Positions 24,283 through 36,729 of a stretch of DNA of 64,000 bases are shown here, one piece after another; the first letter of the stretch is position 1, and the number at the start of each line of letters is the position of its first letter. The translations under genes were made by a program, and so were the position numbers. Origin of the DNA: Fonticula alba ATCC 38817 (taxonomy: Eukaryota; Protista; Nucleariida); NCBI GenBank assembly GCA_000388065.2, contig KB932201.1. One strand, written 5' to 3'. Below the pieces are notes generated by a model. That model was not told the DNA's origin. It made no database searches and saw nothing but the letters and a program-made list of their open reading frames with translations.

Positions 24283-27200
24283 CAGGGGTGCTCGATGACC
24301 ACGAGGTCCTCATCCTCGACATCGCTCTCAACAATGACCACATCCACAAGGTGGCTATCCTCGTCGCCCTCCTCCCCCTCCCTATCCGAGGGGAAGGTGG
24401 TGGAGGGAACAGTCATTGTCGAGACCCGGGGATCGGCGGAACTCCCGACACTCGGCGACGGACAATGCCCGGTGGTGGTGGTGCTGGTGGTGGTAGTAGC
24501 GGCCGTGGCGGCCGCCCCCCCACGTAGCCACCTCACAAGAAAGGTGTCGGGAAATTGCCGGATCCCATCCTCGCTGTTGATGGCTGGGGCATGGGCCGGG
24601 AGCCGATCGCTCGCGGCCACGGCACCATGATCAGGCTGCAGAGTACCCACAGCCGGGGGGCGTGCGGCAGGGCGGAATCGCCCGGCCGAAGCACGCCCCT
24701 GCTCGCTGGAGTCCAGCGCCTCGATCACCTCCCAAAGCCGGCTCTCCAGATGGAACGATTCGTCCGTCCCCGGGCCATCGTCGTTCACAGAGCCCACATG
24801 CTCCCCGGCGGTTGGGACAAAGTGCCAGTCCCCGGGACGGTCAGTAGCCAGGTAGGCTGGCGGAACAGCATCATCGGCAGACGCCTGCTGTGGTGCCACC
24901 GAGTCGTGTCCCCCCAAGGGCAGCGAGGCAGCGCCAATGCGCCCGACGTGGCCACTCGAACGGCCAACACTCCGGGGCCCGGTGAAAAGGTTGTCCCGGT
25001 CCCCGGCGAAATCCTCCTGGCTGGCGGTAGCTGTGGAGGCGGTGGAGTCGGCCTGGTCATCGACGAGGACAACGACCTGGCTGTTGCGCCGAGTGGTGGC
25101 CGGTGCGCCGGAAAGCGGGTGGATGGTCAGGTTCTCGCGCGAGGAGGAGGGCGACGTGCGACTTGACCAATCCGAGCGCGGGGCAGTCGGAATGGACACC
25201 CAGGCCATGTGGGTGTCCATCAGCTCCAGCAGCTCGGACTCCAATTGATGATTGGCCGATGGCGAAGAGGGAGAAGCGGAGGTGACACTGGCCGGTGAGG
25301 AGGGCGACCGGAGGGGCAACACCAGGGTCACGGACATCCCGGTCGGGGGGGGCTGGAAGGCCGCACGCGCTTCGCCACTGCCCGCAGGCGGAGGGATGGC
25401 CGCCAGCAGGGCTGCCAGATGGATATCATCCCCGGATCCCGCATACAAAAGACGATCACCGAGAGACCGATGGCCGGTTGCCGGCGAGGGGGGATGACCG
25501 CCGGGCGCGACACCAGGCGGCGGTGATGCCGGCGCAAAGAACCCGGCACCCTCGGTGTGCAGAGCAGCACCCTGAGGAGGGCCATCGGACCGGCCCGACT
25601 CGTCCTCGGAGGAAGTGGAACCCGAGTCGGCTCCGCCGCCGATCCAGAAGGGACGGAGCTCGGCAAGGCGAGCCTCCAATCCTCGCGGGTGCAAGTCCCC
25701 CCAGGGGGCGCCGAGGATCTCGGTGGCTGGAGGAGTCGGGGCAGAGCCGCCGACATCCGGCGACAGGCCGCTGGTCCCGGAAGTGGGAGAGATCAAGGCC
25801 ATCAGCGAGTCGGACGAGAGGAACTCCGGGGTCGGGGCCGCACGAGCGGCAACATGCGGGAATGCGGCCATCAGGTCGCCCTCGCCTCCGGTGGAAAGTA
25901 GCCCATTCAGCGGAGGGAAGGCGACCGAGGCAGAACCCGGAGGAGCAACGGCCGGTGCTGCCATCCAGGTTGGCCGCGCGGTGATGGATGCCAGCTGCTG
26001 GTGTAGCAGCAGATCAGCCAGCTTGGCGGCCGCGGGTGACCAGGCCGATGACACCGGACTGCGCGGGCTACTCCCTGGCGCCGGCCACAAACACCGGAGG
26101 CACGGGCCGCCGACGAGGGCAGGCGCCTGCCCCTCCGAGGGAGATCCATCGCCAGAAGACGCCTCAAGGCGTGGCGAACGCGACCCCAGCTCGGGTGGCT
26201 GGCTTGGTGCCAGCTCGCACATGCATGTCACGTCCAGCGGGGCCGGGGCCGGAGCACGGCGCCGTCCCGGGAGACCGGTGTCCTGGTCGACGGTGGTCGA
26301 CATCTCCTGGCGAGCCATGCGCTGATACTCGCCAAGTGACAGCATGTAGCGCACCATGCGCTCGTAGTGGCCGGCACCGCCGGCCTGGGTTCCGCGCGAG
26401 GTTTGCCCATCAGGGCCAATCTCGGGGACATCCTCATCGCGATACGCCGAGGAGAAGGACACCCGCCGGTGGGAGCCGCGCTCGAGGGCGGGCCTGGTCG
26501 GCCGAACGGCTGGACGCGTCTCCGGGGCCACCTTAGACAGTGAGGCCATGCTGCCGGTGAATCGGCGCCGGCGCTCAGGGACCTCGGTTTGGACGCCGAT
26601 CTCGCGACTACCGTCGGCCTTTGATGACATGGACGACGTGGCGGGGATGCGCAAAGCGCCTGGAAGGACTTCGGCCCGGACCGGTGGCTCCTCGCCATCG
26701 ATGGTGCACGCGAGCCACTCGAGAGCCGAGGACGCGATTTTGGCCGGGCCCCGAAGAAGCTGCTCAGCACGCTCACTCAGGCTGCGAATCCCATCATCAA
26801 GGTGCCGTGGCGAAAGGAAGGTTGCCGCTGTGTGGAGAAGATCCTCCTGCTCCAGGAACGAGCGTGCCGGTGAGGCACTGGGATTGATGTGGGCACTGGC
26901 GGCGGCACGGGCCGCCTCGGTCGGGCAGGCCTCGCCAGGAGGGAAAAGAGCTCGCGCGGCCAGGGGCAAAAGCCCGGAAGCTGGAGTGGCCTCACTCCGC
27001 GAGTCGGAGATGGCACTCTCCACTGCACGATACATGGACGAGGCAAAGTCCGACACGCGGCTGATCACCACCGGGTCCAGACCGGGGAGCAGGGCATCAC
27101 GGATCGGGAGGGGGGTCGGGGCGGCCGGCTCACTGGCTGAAGATGGGACGAAGTCGCCCATGGACTGGACACTCGGTTGGGCGGGGCACTCGGCAATCAG

Positions 27201-28229
27201 CTCGGTGGCAGGGGGCTCAGTGACAGCTGGCTGGGCGACAACAGGCTCGGCGGTGGCGGGCTCGGCGGTGGCGGGCTCGGCGGTGGCGGGCTCGGGGGTG
27301 GCGGGCTCGGGGGTGGCGGGCTCTGCAGTAGTCTGCCTGGGGAGGAGGGCACCAGATGGATGCATCGGAGCCGGCTCCTCTGAGGCGCGGCCCTCCTCCG
27401 GCAGGTCGATCTCCCCCTCGAAGCGCAGGGCATCCAGGATTTGGGGCATCTCAATAACGACACTGGTCAGGCTGAAAGGCTCGGGAGGAGGACAGGAGGA
27501 TGCCTCCTCGGGGACATCCTCCACCGGGGTCATGCGCGGGAGAAGATGCTGGTCCTCGGCCACCGAGAAATCGATGGTCTCGCGCTCATCAATGTAGCTC
27601 TGGGCCCGAGGGAAGTATCCGGGCAGACGATGGCCCTGAAGCAAGTGGGATGGGTCCGACACGCGGACCGCCGCCGGGGCTGGAGGAAGGCGAACCGAGG
27701 ACACGAGGGCGGGAACGGTAGCCAGTGGACTATGACCAGTCACACTTGCCAGGTCCATGCCAGGGGAAATTGGCGCCATCTGGGATTGATCCATGTGCAG
27801 GCTCGATGGAGTGGCGAAGTGCCCAGCGGCGGATGCCAAATCGAAGGACCGGATCTCCGGGAAGCTGACGCTGAAGGGCTGGTATCCGGATTGGTTGGAG
27901 GTACTGGCAAACATGCAGGACGCCGTGGTCGGGGAAGAGCCACATAGGAGAGTCAGGTCAGTCCCCGGCATGGAAACCTCGTAATACATCATCGACACGG
28001 AAATGGGAGGCTGCGACTGTGACTGCGGCTGCGGCTGCGGCTGCGGCTGCGGCTGCGGCTGCGGCGGTGGCTGCGAGGTCGGCTGGGATTGCGGCTGGGA
28101 AGGTGGTTGTTGCACGGAAGGTGTGGAGGGAGATGCAGGGGGTGATGCGCCTGGCGCGGAGCCAGGGGCACCGTTGCACTCCTCGGGGTCGGACATGGCC
28201 CTGGAGCCAGGGGGAGAAGAGTCAGGCAT
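24282..28229 (-). CDS. Large hypothetical low-complexity protein (~1315 aa, apparently intronless)
   Basis: Uninterrupted 3.9-kb ORF that is S/P/A-rich, with QP and PATxE repeats and an acidic C-terminus. No family was recognised. Confidence 0.7.
27241..27320 (-). repeat. 15-bp coding minisatellite (PATPE/PATAE, about 5 copies)
   Basis: On the + strand the unit GGCTCGG(C/G)GGTGGCG repeats in tandem. Confidence 0.85.
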
Positions 28230-28340
28230 CGACAGGACTATATGTATGGGGAGGGTTAGTTTAATAGAAGAGAGGGGAAGTCATGTCTGGAGCTTGGAAA
28301 TAAAGAGAGAGAGAGAGAGAGACGGAGAAGAGGAAAAGAG

Positions 28341-28402
28341 GGAAGGAGGGAAGGAGGGAAGGAGGGAACGAGGGAAGGAGGGAAGGAGGGAACGAGGGAA
28401 AG
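28341..28402 (+). repeat. 8-bp tandem repeat GGGAA(G/C)GA
   Basis: Directly visible purine-rich array upstream of the 1315-aa ORF. Confidence 0.85.
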
Positions 28403-28953
28403 AGAGAGAGAGAGAGAAAGAGAAAGAGAAAGGATGAGGGAATATATCGGGGACAGTTGTGTTTACGTGCGCGTCTTGAGAGTGTTTGTGTGCTTCCGCG
28501 GATGCGGCTGGGAGTGCGTAATGCGGAGGGGAAAGAGGGGAGAAATGTGTATGGAGGACCCTCCCCCAACAGGAGGGAACTTGGCGGGAGGGGGCCCTTG
28601 AGTGTCCCTGCTGCATCCGGCGGCCCCCGCTGGCCGGGCCCCCCTAACGCGCAGACCCACCCCCCAAGAGCAAAGGAAGGGGGAGACTCGCGTCACGAAC
28701 TGCAGGCGGGCAATCGCTCAGATCATTGAGGCGAGGGGAAAGCGGGGGAGGGGTCTTACACATTCTGCCATGCGAACAACATTGGGCCTGCCACACGCGC
28801 GGGGTATGGCGAGATCTGTCCCGGCATGCCAGATCGATTCGCGAGCAAGAAGGCCCGGCCCCGAGACAGGTTCGAGTCGAGATCTCGGGTAGAAGCGTCC
28901 GTGCAAGATCTCCGGGATCGTGCTCTCTGCGAATAGAGCAACAGGGGGGACGA

Positions 28954-28985
<32 letters not shown>

Positions 28986-29498
28986 ACACACATACACACA
29001 CACACAAACTCCCGTACTCCCGCATGTGCGCACGCGTGCACGTTGAACAATCGGCCCGGCTCCAAGAACCCTTTGCCGTGAATGATGCGGAGGCTCGTCA
29101 TGCTATCTCCGGGATCTCCACCGCGCGACCACAGTCGGTGAAGGGCAAACGAACGGAGCCCACCCACATTCTCCGACCCCTGGCCCGAGGCCGCCCGGGC
29201 ACACGCCATGGCCTTTTTCACCCAGCCAGGTCACCTTTACCGTCCCCGAGGGTGGGGGAGCGCATGGGCGGCCCCGCCACAGGGGCGCCCTGGCAAAGAC
29301 CCCGCACTGACCCCCCCCCCCTTTCCCGAACATAGGAGGGCCGAGTGCGTAGAGACCCCAGCTGCCGATCAACCACCGAGGAGTAGGCCCCTCCGCTTCG
29401 GAAATCTACGCCAGGGGGGGGGGGAGGCGGCGCATTCGCACAGGCGCCGACTCGGCTCCCGATTGCAGGCTGGACCGAGGCGCGGAGAGGATGCAGGC

Positions 29499-29529
<31 letters not shown>

Positions 29530-30899
29530 GCGGGGTTGGGGTGGCCCCCCCCCCTTCCCCGGGGAAAAAGACACAGGGAACAGCTCACACACGCACACAC
29601 CCACACCCGCCCTGGGCGAAGCAATTTGAATTTACTCGGCCCACGGGGGGATGGGAACGAACGGAGGGAGCCTGCGACCGGCTGGTCGGCCAGGAGAGCA
29701 TGGTGCCCAGAGGTCCCCGGGCAGGGTAGGGGATGCAAGTCTCCCAGGCATCCTCCCCTGGCAGGGGGAGCCCGGAGACGGGCCCAACCCTCAAGGTCTC
29801 GAGGCACTCGCACTGAAACATCCAGCGGCAGCGGCCTTGGCGCCTGCGGGGAGGCCGGCACACGCACCCAACAAAGGGAGGGGCTCGTGGCATACACGTG
29901 CAGGCGTAGACTCACACATCCGGGGCACAACACAGGCGGAACACACCACTCAGCCTTGCCCGGCCAGCGCGGCTGCTGGGGGGGGGGGGGGGACGGGGGC
30001 CGATCCAGCGCGCCCACCCGCGAGCGCTCATTCCTCCGTGCCCCGCGGCGTGGGACCGGCGGCCCCCATAATTCGAGTTAAGTCCTGGCGGGCCGTGCCC
30101 GGCGCATGCTCCGGTGAACAATGCGGACTCGGACGATTAATGTCCAGCAAGTTTGTATCGTGTGATTTTATTTTGACGCGTGATCGGACCTTCTGGATCT
30201 GCCGGCGCAAGCGCAGCTCGATCTGGAGCAGTGATGCGTGGGGGCGCCCGCCGTCAAGTGGCCAGCTTGCCAAATCAACACACAGCTCTCCCGCTCCAGG
30301 GCACGACAACATTCTGGAAGGGCCCGCGCCAGGATCTAGTGGAGATCAGGTCGCCCGGCGCCGCGTACCCATATCCCCGGCTCAGGCCATGCTCCGGGAG
30401 GAGAACAAGAGTTCACTCGCACGCTTGCACACCCGCCTCAAGCCTCCAGCTTTGAAGGTCCGGGCGCCGCTTTTACCGCTACGTGGTGGAGGGGACTGGT
30501 GAAAAGGCGAGGGGACCGGGGGCGCGTCGCTCTTTCCAGAACGCGGGGGTGGCCCAAACAGCGGCTTGCCTCCGACCGCGTTTGGAGGGGTCCTCTCTGG
30601 GGGCGAGACACGCGCTCATCGCAGGCCCGCCCCGCTGGCGACCGCCTCCTCTTGTTCCCCGCTACTGGCCGCCAGCCCTACGAAAGCCGGAAACGAGGAA
30701 CGCCAACAAACCTCGACCGACGAATCCACAAGGCGTGTCCCCGCCGCTGGGCACATCCCTCCCCCTCCCCTGTCCGCACTCTACCGGACACCGCCGCAGA
30801 TGGCGCAGAGAAGGGCAAGGGGGCACACAGAACCGGGCCCCTGCCGCCTCGGACAGGGGGCGTGCACAGCCTCCCCCCTCCCTGGCTGATGGGCTGGGA

Positions 30900-30935
<36 letters not shown>

Positions 30936-31274
30936 GACGACGCCCTGCGCACTCCCCTCCTCCTCCTCGCTGGACACAGACATACACACACGCCCGCACC
31001 AGACACGCGCGGGGAGGGGGAGAGAGGGGGAGAGGCGCGCGCAAGGAGGAGGAGGAGGCGCGAAAGGATGATGATACAAAAAACACAGACACACGAGAAG
31101 AGACAAGGGGGGGAGGGGGGCGCGGCTCTGGGGGGATATGTGGTGATAGGAGAGTGAAAAGTTCGCTCTATTTGAAGAGTAACAGGACGAACCCATTCGC
31201 CTTGCACAAAGTTCATCAATACAGAAGAATGGGAGTGTTGCTGGCCAAGACTAGAGAGCTCAAGTCTAAGACTC

Positions 31275-32399
31275 TTAAGCAGAGATGCTGGGGAGGTTGG
31301 CCTTGAGGACGGTCTTGAAGGACTTGGAGGTGGCGCGGACGCGGCGCTGGGGCAGAGGGAACTTGATCTTGGAGTTCTGTGGGTGGGAAAATGGGGAAAA
31401 GGAGAAAAGCGGGGGGGGGGCACGCGCGAGGGACAGAAGGTGTGTAAGTTACGGGGGGCGCGGCAAAAGAGCAATCAGACGCAATAGGCAGCGGGGGGAC
31501 GACTGTGCACGCACGAGGAACTGCTGGACGTAAGCGCGGCGGAGATCCTCGGACTTCTCAACCTCCTGGATGCGGATGATCTGGATGGAGCGAGCGCGGG
31601 CGCGGTGGCGACCGGCGAGATCCATGTAGCAGGCGGAGACGGCATCAGCGCGAGAAAGCTCACGGTACTCCTTGTACATGTTGTGGGTGCCAGAGCGAGA
31701 GTCGTAGCGGATCCAGATACCGAAGTTCTTGACGACGTTGGGGTTCTTCTCAGGGACCTGCGGAGAGAGGGAGAGAGGCGCGCGCAGGGGACAACAACAA
31801 AGGCCGGAGAGGGCGTTAGTATGAGACGTGTGAGAGATCATGCAGAGGTGAGGATTGGCATCCAGTGCATCGCCATCGTCGATGCACTGCGCGCGCGCGC
31901 CGGTCGGAAATGGCCCAGCTCGCGGCGCGGATCCCTCGGATGCATCTTGCTGGAAATGGCATCCGACCGGCATGCCCGCCACAAGATGCGCGGAGAGGGA
32001 GGAGGAGAACCAAGGACGCACCTCACCGACGTGGAGGATCTCACCAACGGACTTCTTGATGCGCTGGAGCTTCTTCATGTACTGCCAGTAGCGAGACTTG
32101 GCGACAAGGTTGTTGGGGGCGAAGATGCGCATGCGGTAGAGCTTGGGGGAAGGCTCGGCCTCGGTGGGGACGTGGCGACCCACAACAACAAACTCAGTGA
32201 GCTGCGAGGCCGGGCGAAGACGAGCGTCATGGGGGGGAGGGAGGGAGGGAGAGAGCGAGGGAAAAGGGCGTTAGAAGGGGAACATGATGGCCTCTCCATC
32301 GGCCCGATGAGAGGAAGAAGCAAAGGGCATGTATCGAAGATGGCGGTGTGAACGATAGATGCGATGCCTAATAGAGGGGGAGAGACAGACTCCTGCCAT
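31275..32399 (-). CDS. RPL18A: 60S ribosomal protein L18a (eL20)
   Basis: The spliced product reads MAG|LTEFVVVGRHVPTEAEPSPKLYRMRIFAPNNLVAKSRYW..|..VKNFGIWIRYDSRSGTHNMYKEYR..RHRARARSIQI..|NSKIKFPLPQRR. The 9-nt first coding exon (32399-32391) is inferred. Confidence 0.95.
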
Positions 32400-32440
32400 G
32401 CCCCCTGCCGTCCATCTGGTCTGGTTGTGGCGCGCGCGCG

Positions 32441-32853
32441 CAGTCTCTCTCTCTCTGGTGCGCGTGCCCCGAGACGAGCATGGGCACGTATAGGCCCATC
32501 ATCATCTACTCGAGCGCACGACCCTCCTCTCCTTGTCAGGGGGGACTCCCCTGCGTAGCTCCCTCCTCCGGGAGAGGCGCCAGGGTGCACGACGAGGAGC
32601 AAGAAAGGCAGAGCGAAGGGACCGCTCCCTCCCNNNNNNNNNNNNNNNNNNNNNNNNNNNNNCAGTCTCTCTCTCTCTGGTGCGCGTGCCCCGAGACGAG
32701 CATGGGCACGTATAGGCCCATCATCATCTACTCGAGCGCACGACCCTCCTCTCCTTGTCAGGGGGGACTCTCCTGCGTAGCTCCCTCCTCCGGGAGAGGC
32801 GCCAGGGTGCACGACGAGGAGCAAGAAAGGCAGAGCGAAGGGACCGCTCCCTC
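32441..32853. repeat. Near-identical direct duplication (~190 bp) either side of an N-gap; probable scaffolding artefact
   Basis: 32441-32633 matches 32663-32853 except for one substitution and the CT-repeat length. Confidence 0.85.
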
Positions 32854-32930
32854 CTCCGAATGACAAGGGCGCAAGCGAATCTGCCGGGGAGGGGGAGAGA
32901 GAGAGAGAGCCCGACAGGAAGCGCTCAGGC

Positions 32931-33271
32931 ACGCGCATGAACCGAACGACCAGAAGGACGGGAGATAGGGCCGGACAGAAGGAGCCTCGCCGCACGGAGG
33001 CAAGAGGGAGAGGGGTGGAAGGGGACGGATTGTGTGCGTGTGCGTGTGCGTATGCATGCGGCACACGCCACACGGCACACACACACACACCAGATCGGAA
33101 GAGCACACGTCACGCGCATGAACCGAACGACCAGAAGGACGGGAGATAGGGCCGGACAGAAGGAGCCTCGCCGCACGGAGGCAAGAGGGAGAGGGGTGGA
33201 AGGGGACGGATTGTGTGCGTGTGCGTGTGCGTATGCATGCGGCACACGCCACACGGCACACACACACACAC
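32931..33271. repeat. Tandem duplication (~160 bp x2) separated by an adapter sequence; assembly artefact
   Basis: 32931-33090 matches 33111-33271, with AGATCGGAAGAGCACACGTC at the junction. Confidence 0.9.
33092..33111 (+). other. Illumina TruSeq adapter contamination
   Basis: Exact 20-nt match to the start of the standard adapter AGATCGGAAGAGCACACGTCTGAACTCCAGTCAC. Confidence 0.95.
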
Positions 33272-34820
33272 CCCAGAGGGAGGATTGAGGTAACAGAGAG
33301 GGGAGGGGAAGAGGGGAGACCAATACGTACGTTACCCATCTTGTATTACTCTTCGGGACCTAGAATTTGAAAAACAAAAGCAAATCGAAGAGATGGAGAG
33401 AGAGCGCCCATGCTGGGGGCAGGTACTATGCCTTCAGATCAAACACAGCCCCGGCCGTGTCCCACCCCCCTTCGGCGCCTGGCGGCGCTGCCCCCTCCCC
33501 GTCGCCAGGACGCTCGCCCCCACCTCTCCCCCACCCCCCTGTCCGTCGGGGGGTGGGGGGGGGAAACAAGCCACGGAGGGAAGCCCGCTGCGCGGCTGAC
33601 CACCGCCACAGGCCTCCCCCCGCCTCCGCCCCTCTTCCCCCCCCTCCCCCCCCCCCGCTCCCACCCCCGGCGGACGGGGGAAGGGGTCCCACCAGGGGAG
33701 GGGGGGCTGCAGTGTTCCGTCCCACCGCCCCTGCAGGCCCCCATCATCCCCCATCCCCGCCACCCCCACCCCTTGCCGGAGGATGGGCTGGCACAGCCCC
33801 GCTCGCCCCCTGGAGAAACACCCTCCGTCGCACGGGCCCTCGCCCGCACCACGGACGGCACTCAGCCATCCGCTCCTGCAGGGCGAACTAGTTGCCTCAC
33901 CACCACCACCACCACCACCCGTCCCCCCGTGAACACGCATGCACACTCCTCCTGGGGGCCATCCCTCTCTCTGTCTCTCTCTCTCTCTCCTGGCCTTGCT
34001 CACCCGACCGGGGACCGACTGGCCGAGAAGCAGGCAAAAGGGATGCCCCCCCCCCCNNNNNNNNNNNNNNNNNNNNNNNNNNNNNNNNNNNNNNNNNNNN
34101 NNNNNNNNNNNNNNNNNNNNNNNNNNCCCCCCCCCCCTCCGGCCATCCCACCTTGCTGGCGTGCACACCGCCGTCTGCCGTCAACAAGGAGAATGTGGGC
34201 CGGCTCTCGGCAGGGCAGCTTCACCCAGCCCCCCGGCCCGGAAAGCAGAGTCCACTGGCACCTGGCCATCACCCCTTCGCCCGGCGAAACTTGGCCCATC
34301 CTCGCGCGCGTTGTTGAGCTGTTCCCCCTAACTGCGCCCCGGCCGTGTGCCCTGCGAGACTCCGGGCCAAGCCCTGGCTCGTGAACAAAGGAAAGCCCCG
34401 TCCCAAATCCCGCCACATACTTGCTGGATTATTTTCTTTCGAATTTGCCCAGCATCTCTCCTTCTTCCTGGCGCATTCGCTGTCGAGGCCTGGACCGAGC
34501 AAATGCCGTTGGCCCGACCACACGGCAAGCTCGATGTCGGTGTCACGTGCCCGACCTGAAAAACGAGAACATAACCTAGAAACTGAAATATATAAGCATA
34601 TATATCCTCTTAACCAACCCCCTGCACGAAAGTCGAGAGAAAGCCCAGCGAGAAAAGCGAGACGAGAGAGAGAGAGAGAGAGAGGGCCGCCGAGGGGCAG
34701 GACAAAGTGCCCGGTCCCCTCTTGCCGGGAGTTTATGCTGTTTCACAAAGGTAGTCGCGCGAAAGTAGAGGAGGCCGCCTTGGGCACAAATGACCGAATC
34801 CGGTTCGCGGGCATGCGTGC

Positions 34821-36689
34821 TCAGATGAGCGAAAGGAGCTGCTTGATGGCAACCGAAAGGCCATCCACCTCGGCAGTACCGGCATGCGTGGCGATGGCCA
34901 GGTGGGTGCTGCTGCAAAGAGCGCGATTGTGGCTGGCCAGGGCGGCGGCAAAGTCCCGAACCAGGGCCAAGATCTCGGGGCTGACATTGCCACGGCGCAT
35001 CCGCGGGAAGAGCCCATCAGAGGTGGCCATCGTGGGCGAGTCGCCGTCGGCGGCGATGCCAAGGCGCTTGTTCAAGTCCCGCACAGTGCGCGTGACGCGG
35101 GGGTCCTGTCATGAGGCCAGGCAGCGGGTGAAGCTTTGGTTAGGGAGCCAGATGCGAGGTATGGAGAGCCGGAAAGCGCATCAAGGTGTGGGGTTGGGCA
35201 TGTGAGGAGGCGATGGGGCATGGGAGGGTGTGTACCTGGCTTTGGGCCGCCTGCGCCAGGAAGCCGGAGAGAGTGCGAACGATCTCTTCGACCACTGCAC
35301 AAGCAGGCCGACACATGCATATACGGAGGAGCGGCCAGGGGAGGGGGGGGGGGAGGGGGAGCGGTGTGCGGGAACACCCGGCGAAGGAATACGGTCAGGA
35401 GACTGGGAGGAAAGAGCGAGGGAGTCACCCAGCGGGGGTACATACCTGCGTTGTCGATGGTGTACACCTTGGGCTGGGCCAGGGTCGAGGGGCGCTGGAA
35501 CGAGGACAGCGGCATGGCCGTGGTCCCAGTGGGGCGGGTGAGCTGATCATTGCCAAGCGGCGAATGCGGCTGCTGGCCACCGAGCGGGGGGCCACCCGGG
35601 CGACCTGGGGTCATGAGTCCGGGCACATGCGGAGGCTGCTGCGAGCCACCACCCGAAACACCGGCCATCATCGGGCGGTTGTGCGCCGACGGCGGGACAA
35701 AGGTAGCCACGCCCGGGGGCGGGGCCACGAAGGCCGGCTGAGCCCCGGTGGCCGAGGGCTGACCCGCAAAGAGGGTCGGGCTGGAGGTGGGCGGCTTGCT
35801 GCCAGTCGGAGGGGGCGGGGCCACGGCAGCCGCGCTCGGCGAAGTGACACTGGCCGCCGGGTTGAACAGCTGCACCGGCGCAGGAGCTGCGACTGGCGGC
35901 TGGTAGACGCCACTGCCGGCGCCACTGCCACTCATGCCACCGGCCGCCAGCGGGGCAAAGGTGCCAGTGACGGCGGGGCCCGGCTGGGGCTGATAGCCGG
36001 GGGCGGCCGGGCCTGGCTGAGGCTGGTACGGCTGGAACTGTTGCTGCTGGGGCTGCTGGGGCTGGTACTGCTGCTGGGGCTGGTACTGCTGCTGGGGCTG
36101 GTACTGCTGCTGGGGCTGGTACTGCTGAGACTGCTGCTGGGACTGCGGCGACTGGTAGTGATGCTGGGGCTGCTGCTGGGCGACCGGGGCGGCGCGCGCC
36201 GCCGGTGCCGGGGTCGCCGTGCTCAGGGCAGTGAACTTCTCCAACAGGGCGCGCAAGTGGGCCAAGGCGTCCGGCGTGCCGGGAACAGGGTTGCCCGAGT
36301 GGGATACCGCCACCTGCAGGGTGTGGCAGGCCAAATCCAGGCGACCACCGGACGCCAAGCGCTCCGCATGCTCGGCGAAGATCATCTGCACACCGACAGG
36401 GAGCCTGCGATGCGGGTTGAAAATGCCACATGAAAGGGGAACATGATAAGATGCAGGGGGCGGGGGGGTTGGTGAGTAGGCGGAAGTAGGAGGCCCGTGT
36501 GGCAGGAGCATGCCGGCGCTTTAGATGGGCTGGGGGGGNNNNNNNNNNNNNNNNNNNNNNNNNNNNNNNNNNNNNNNNNNNNNNNNNNNNNNNNNNNNNN
36601 NNNNNNNNNNNNNNNNNNNNNNNNNNNNNNNNNNNNNNNNNNNNNNNNNNNNNNNNNNNNNNNNNNNNNNNNNNNNNNNNNNNNNNNNN

Positions 36690-36729
<40 letters not shown>

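Noticed and set aside
28865-28885. tRNA (GGTTCGAGTC resembles a T-loop)
   Set aside because: There is no T-stem pairing, D-arm or acceptor stem.
30028-30312. Short minus-strand ORF (QIELRLRRQIQKVRSRVKIK..)
   Set aside because: No recognisable domain, splice structure or host codon bias.
32441-33271. Biological repeat array or CRISPR-like locus
   Set aside because: Explained by gap-flanking overlap and adapter read-through; there are no repeat-spacer units.
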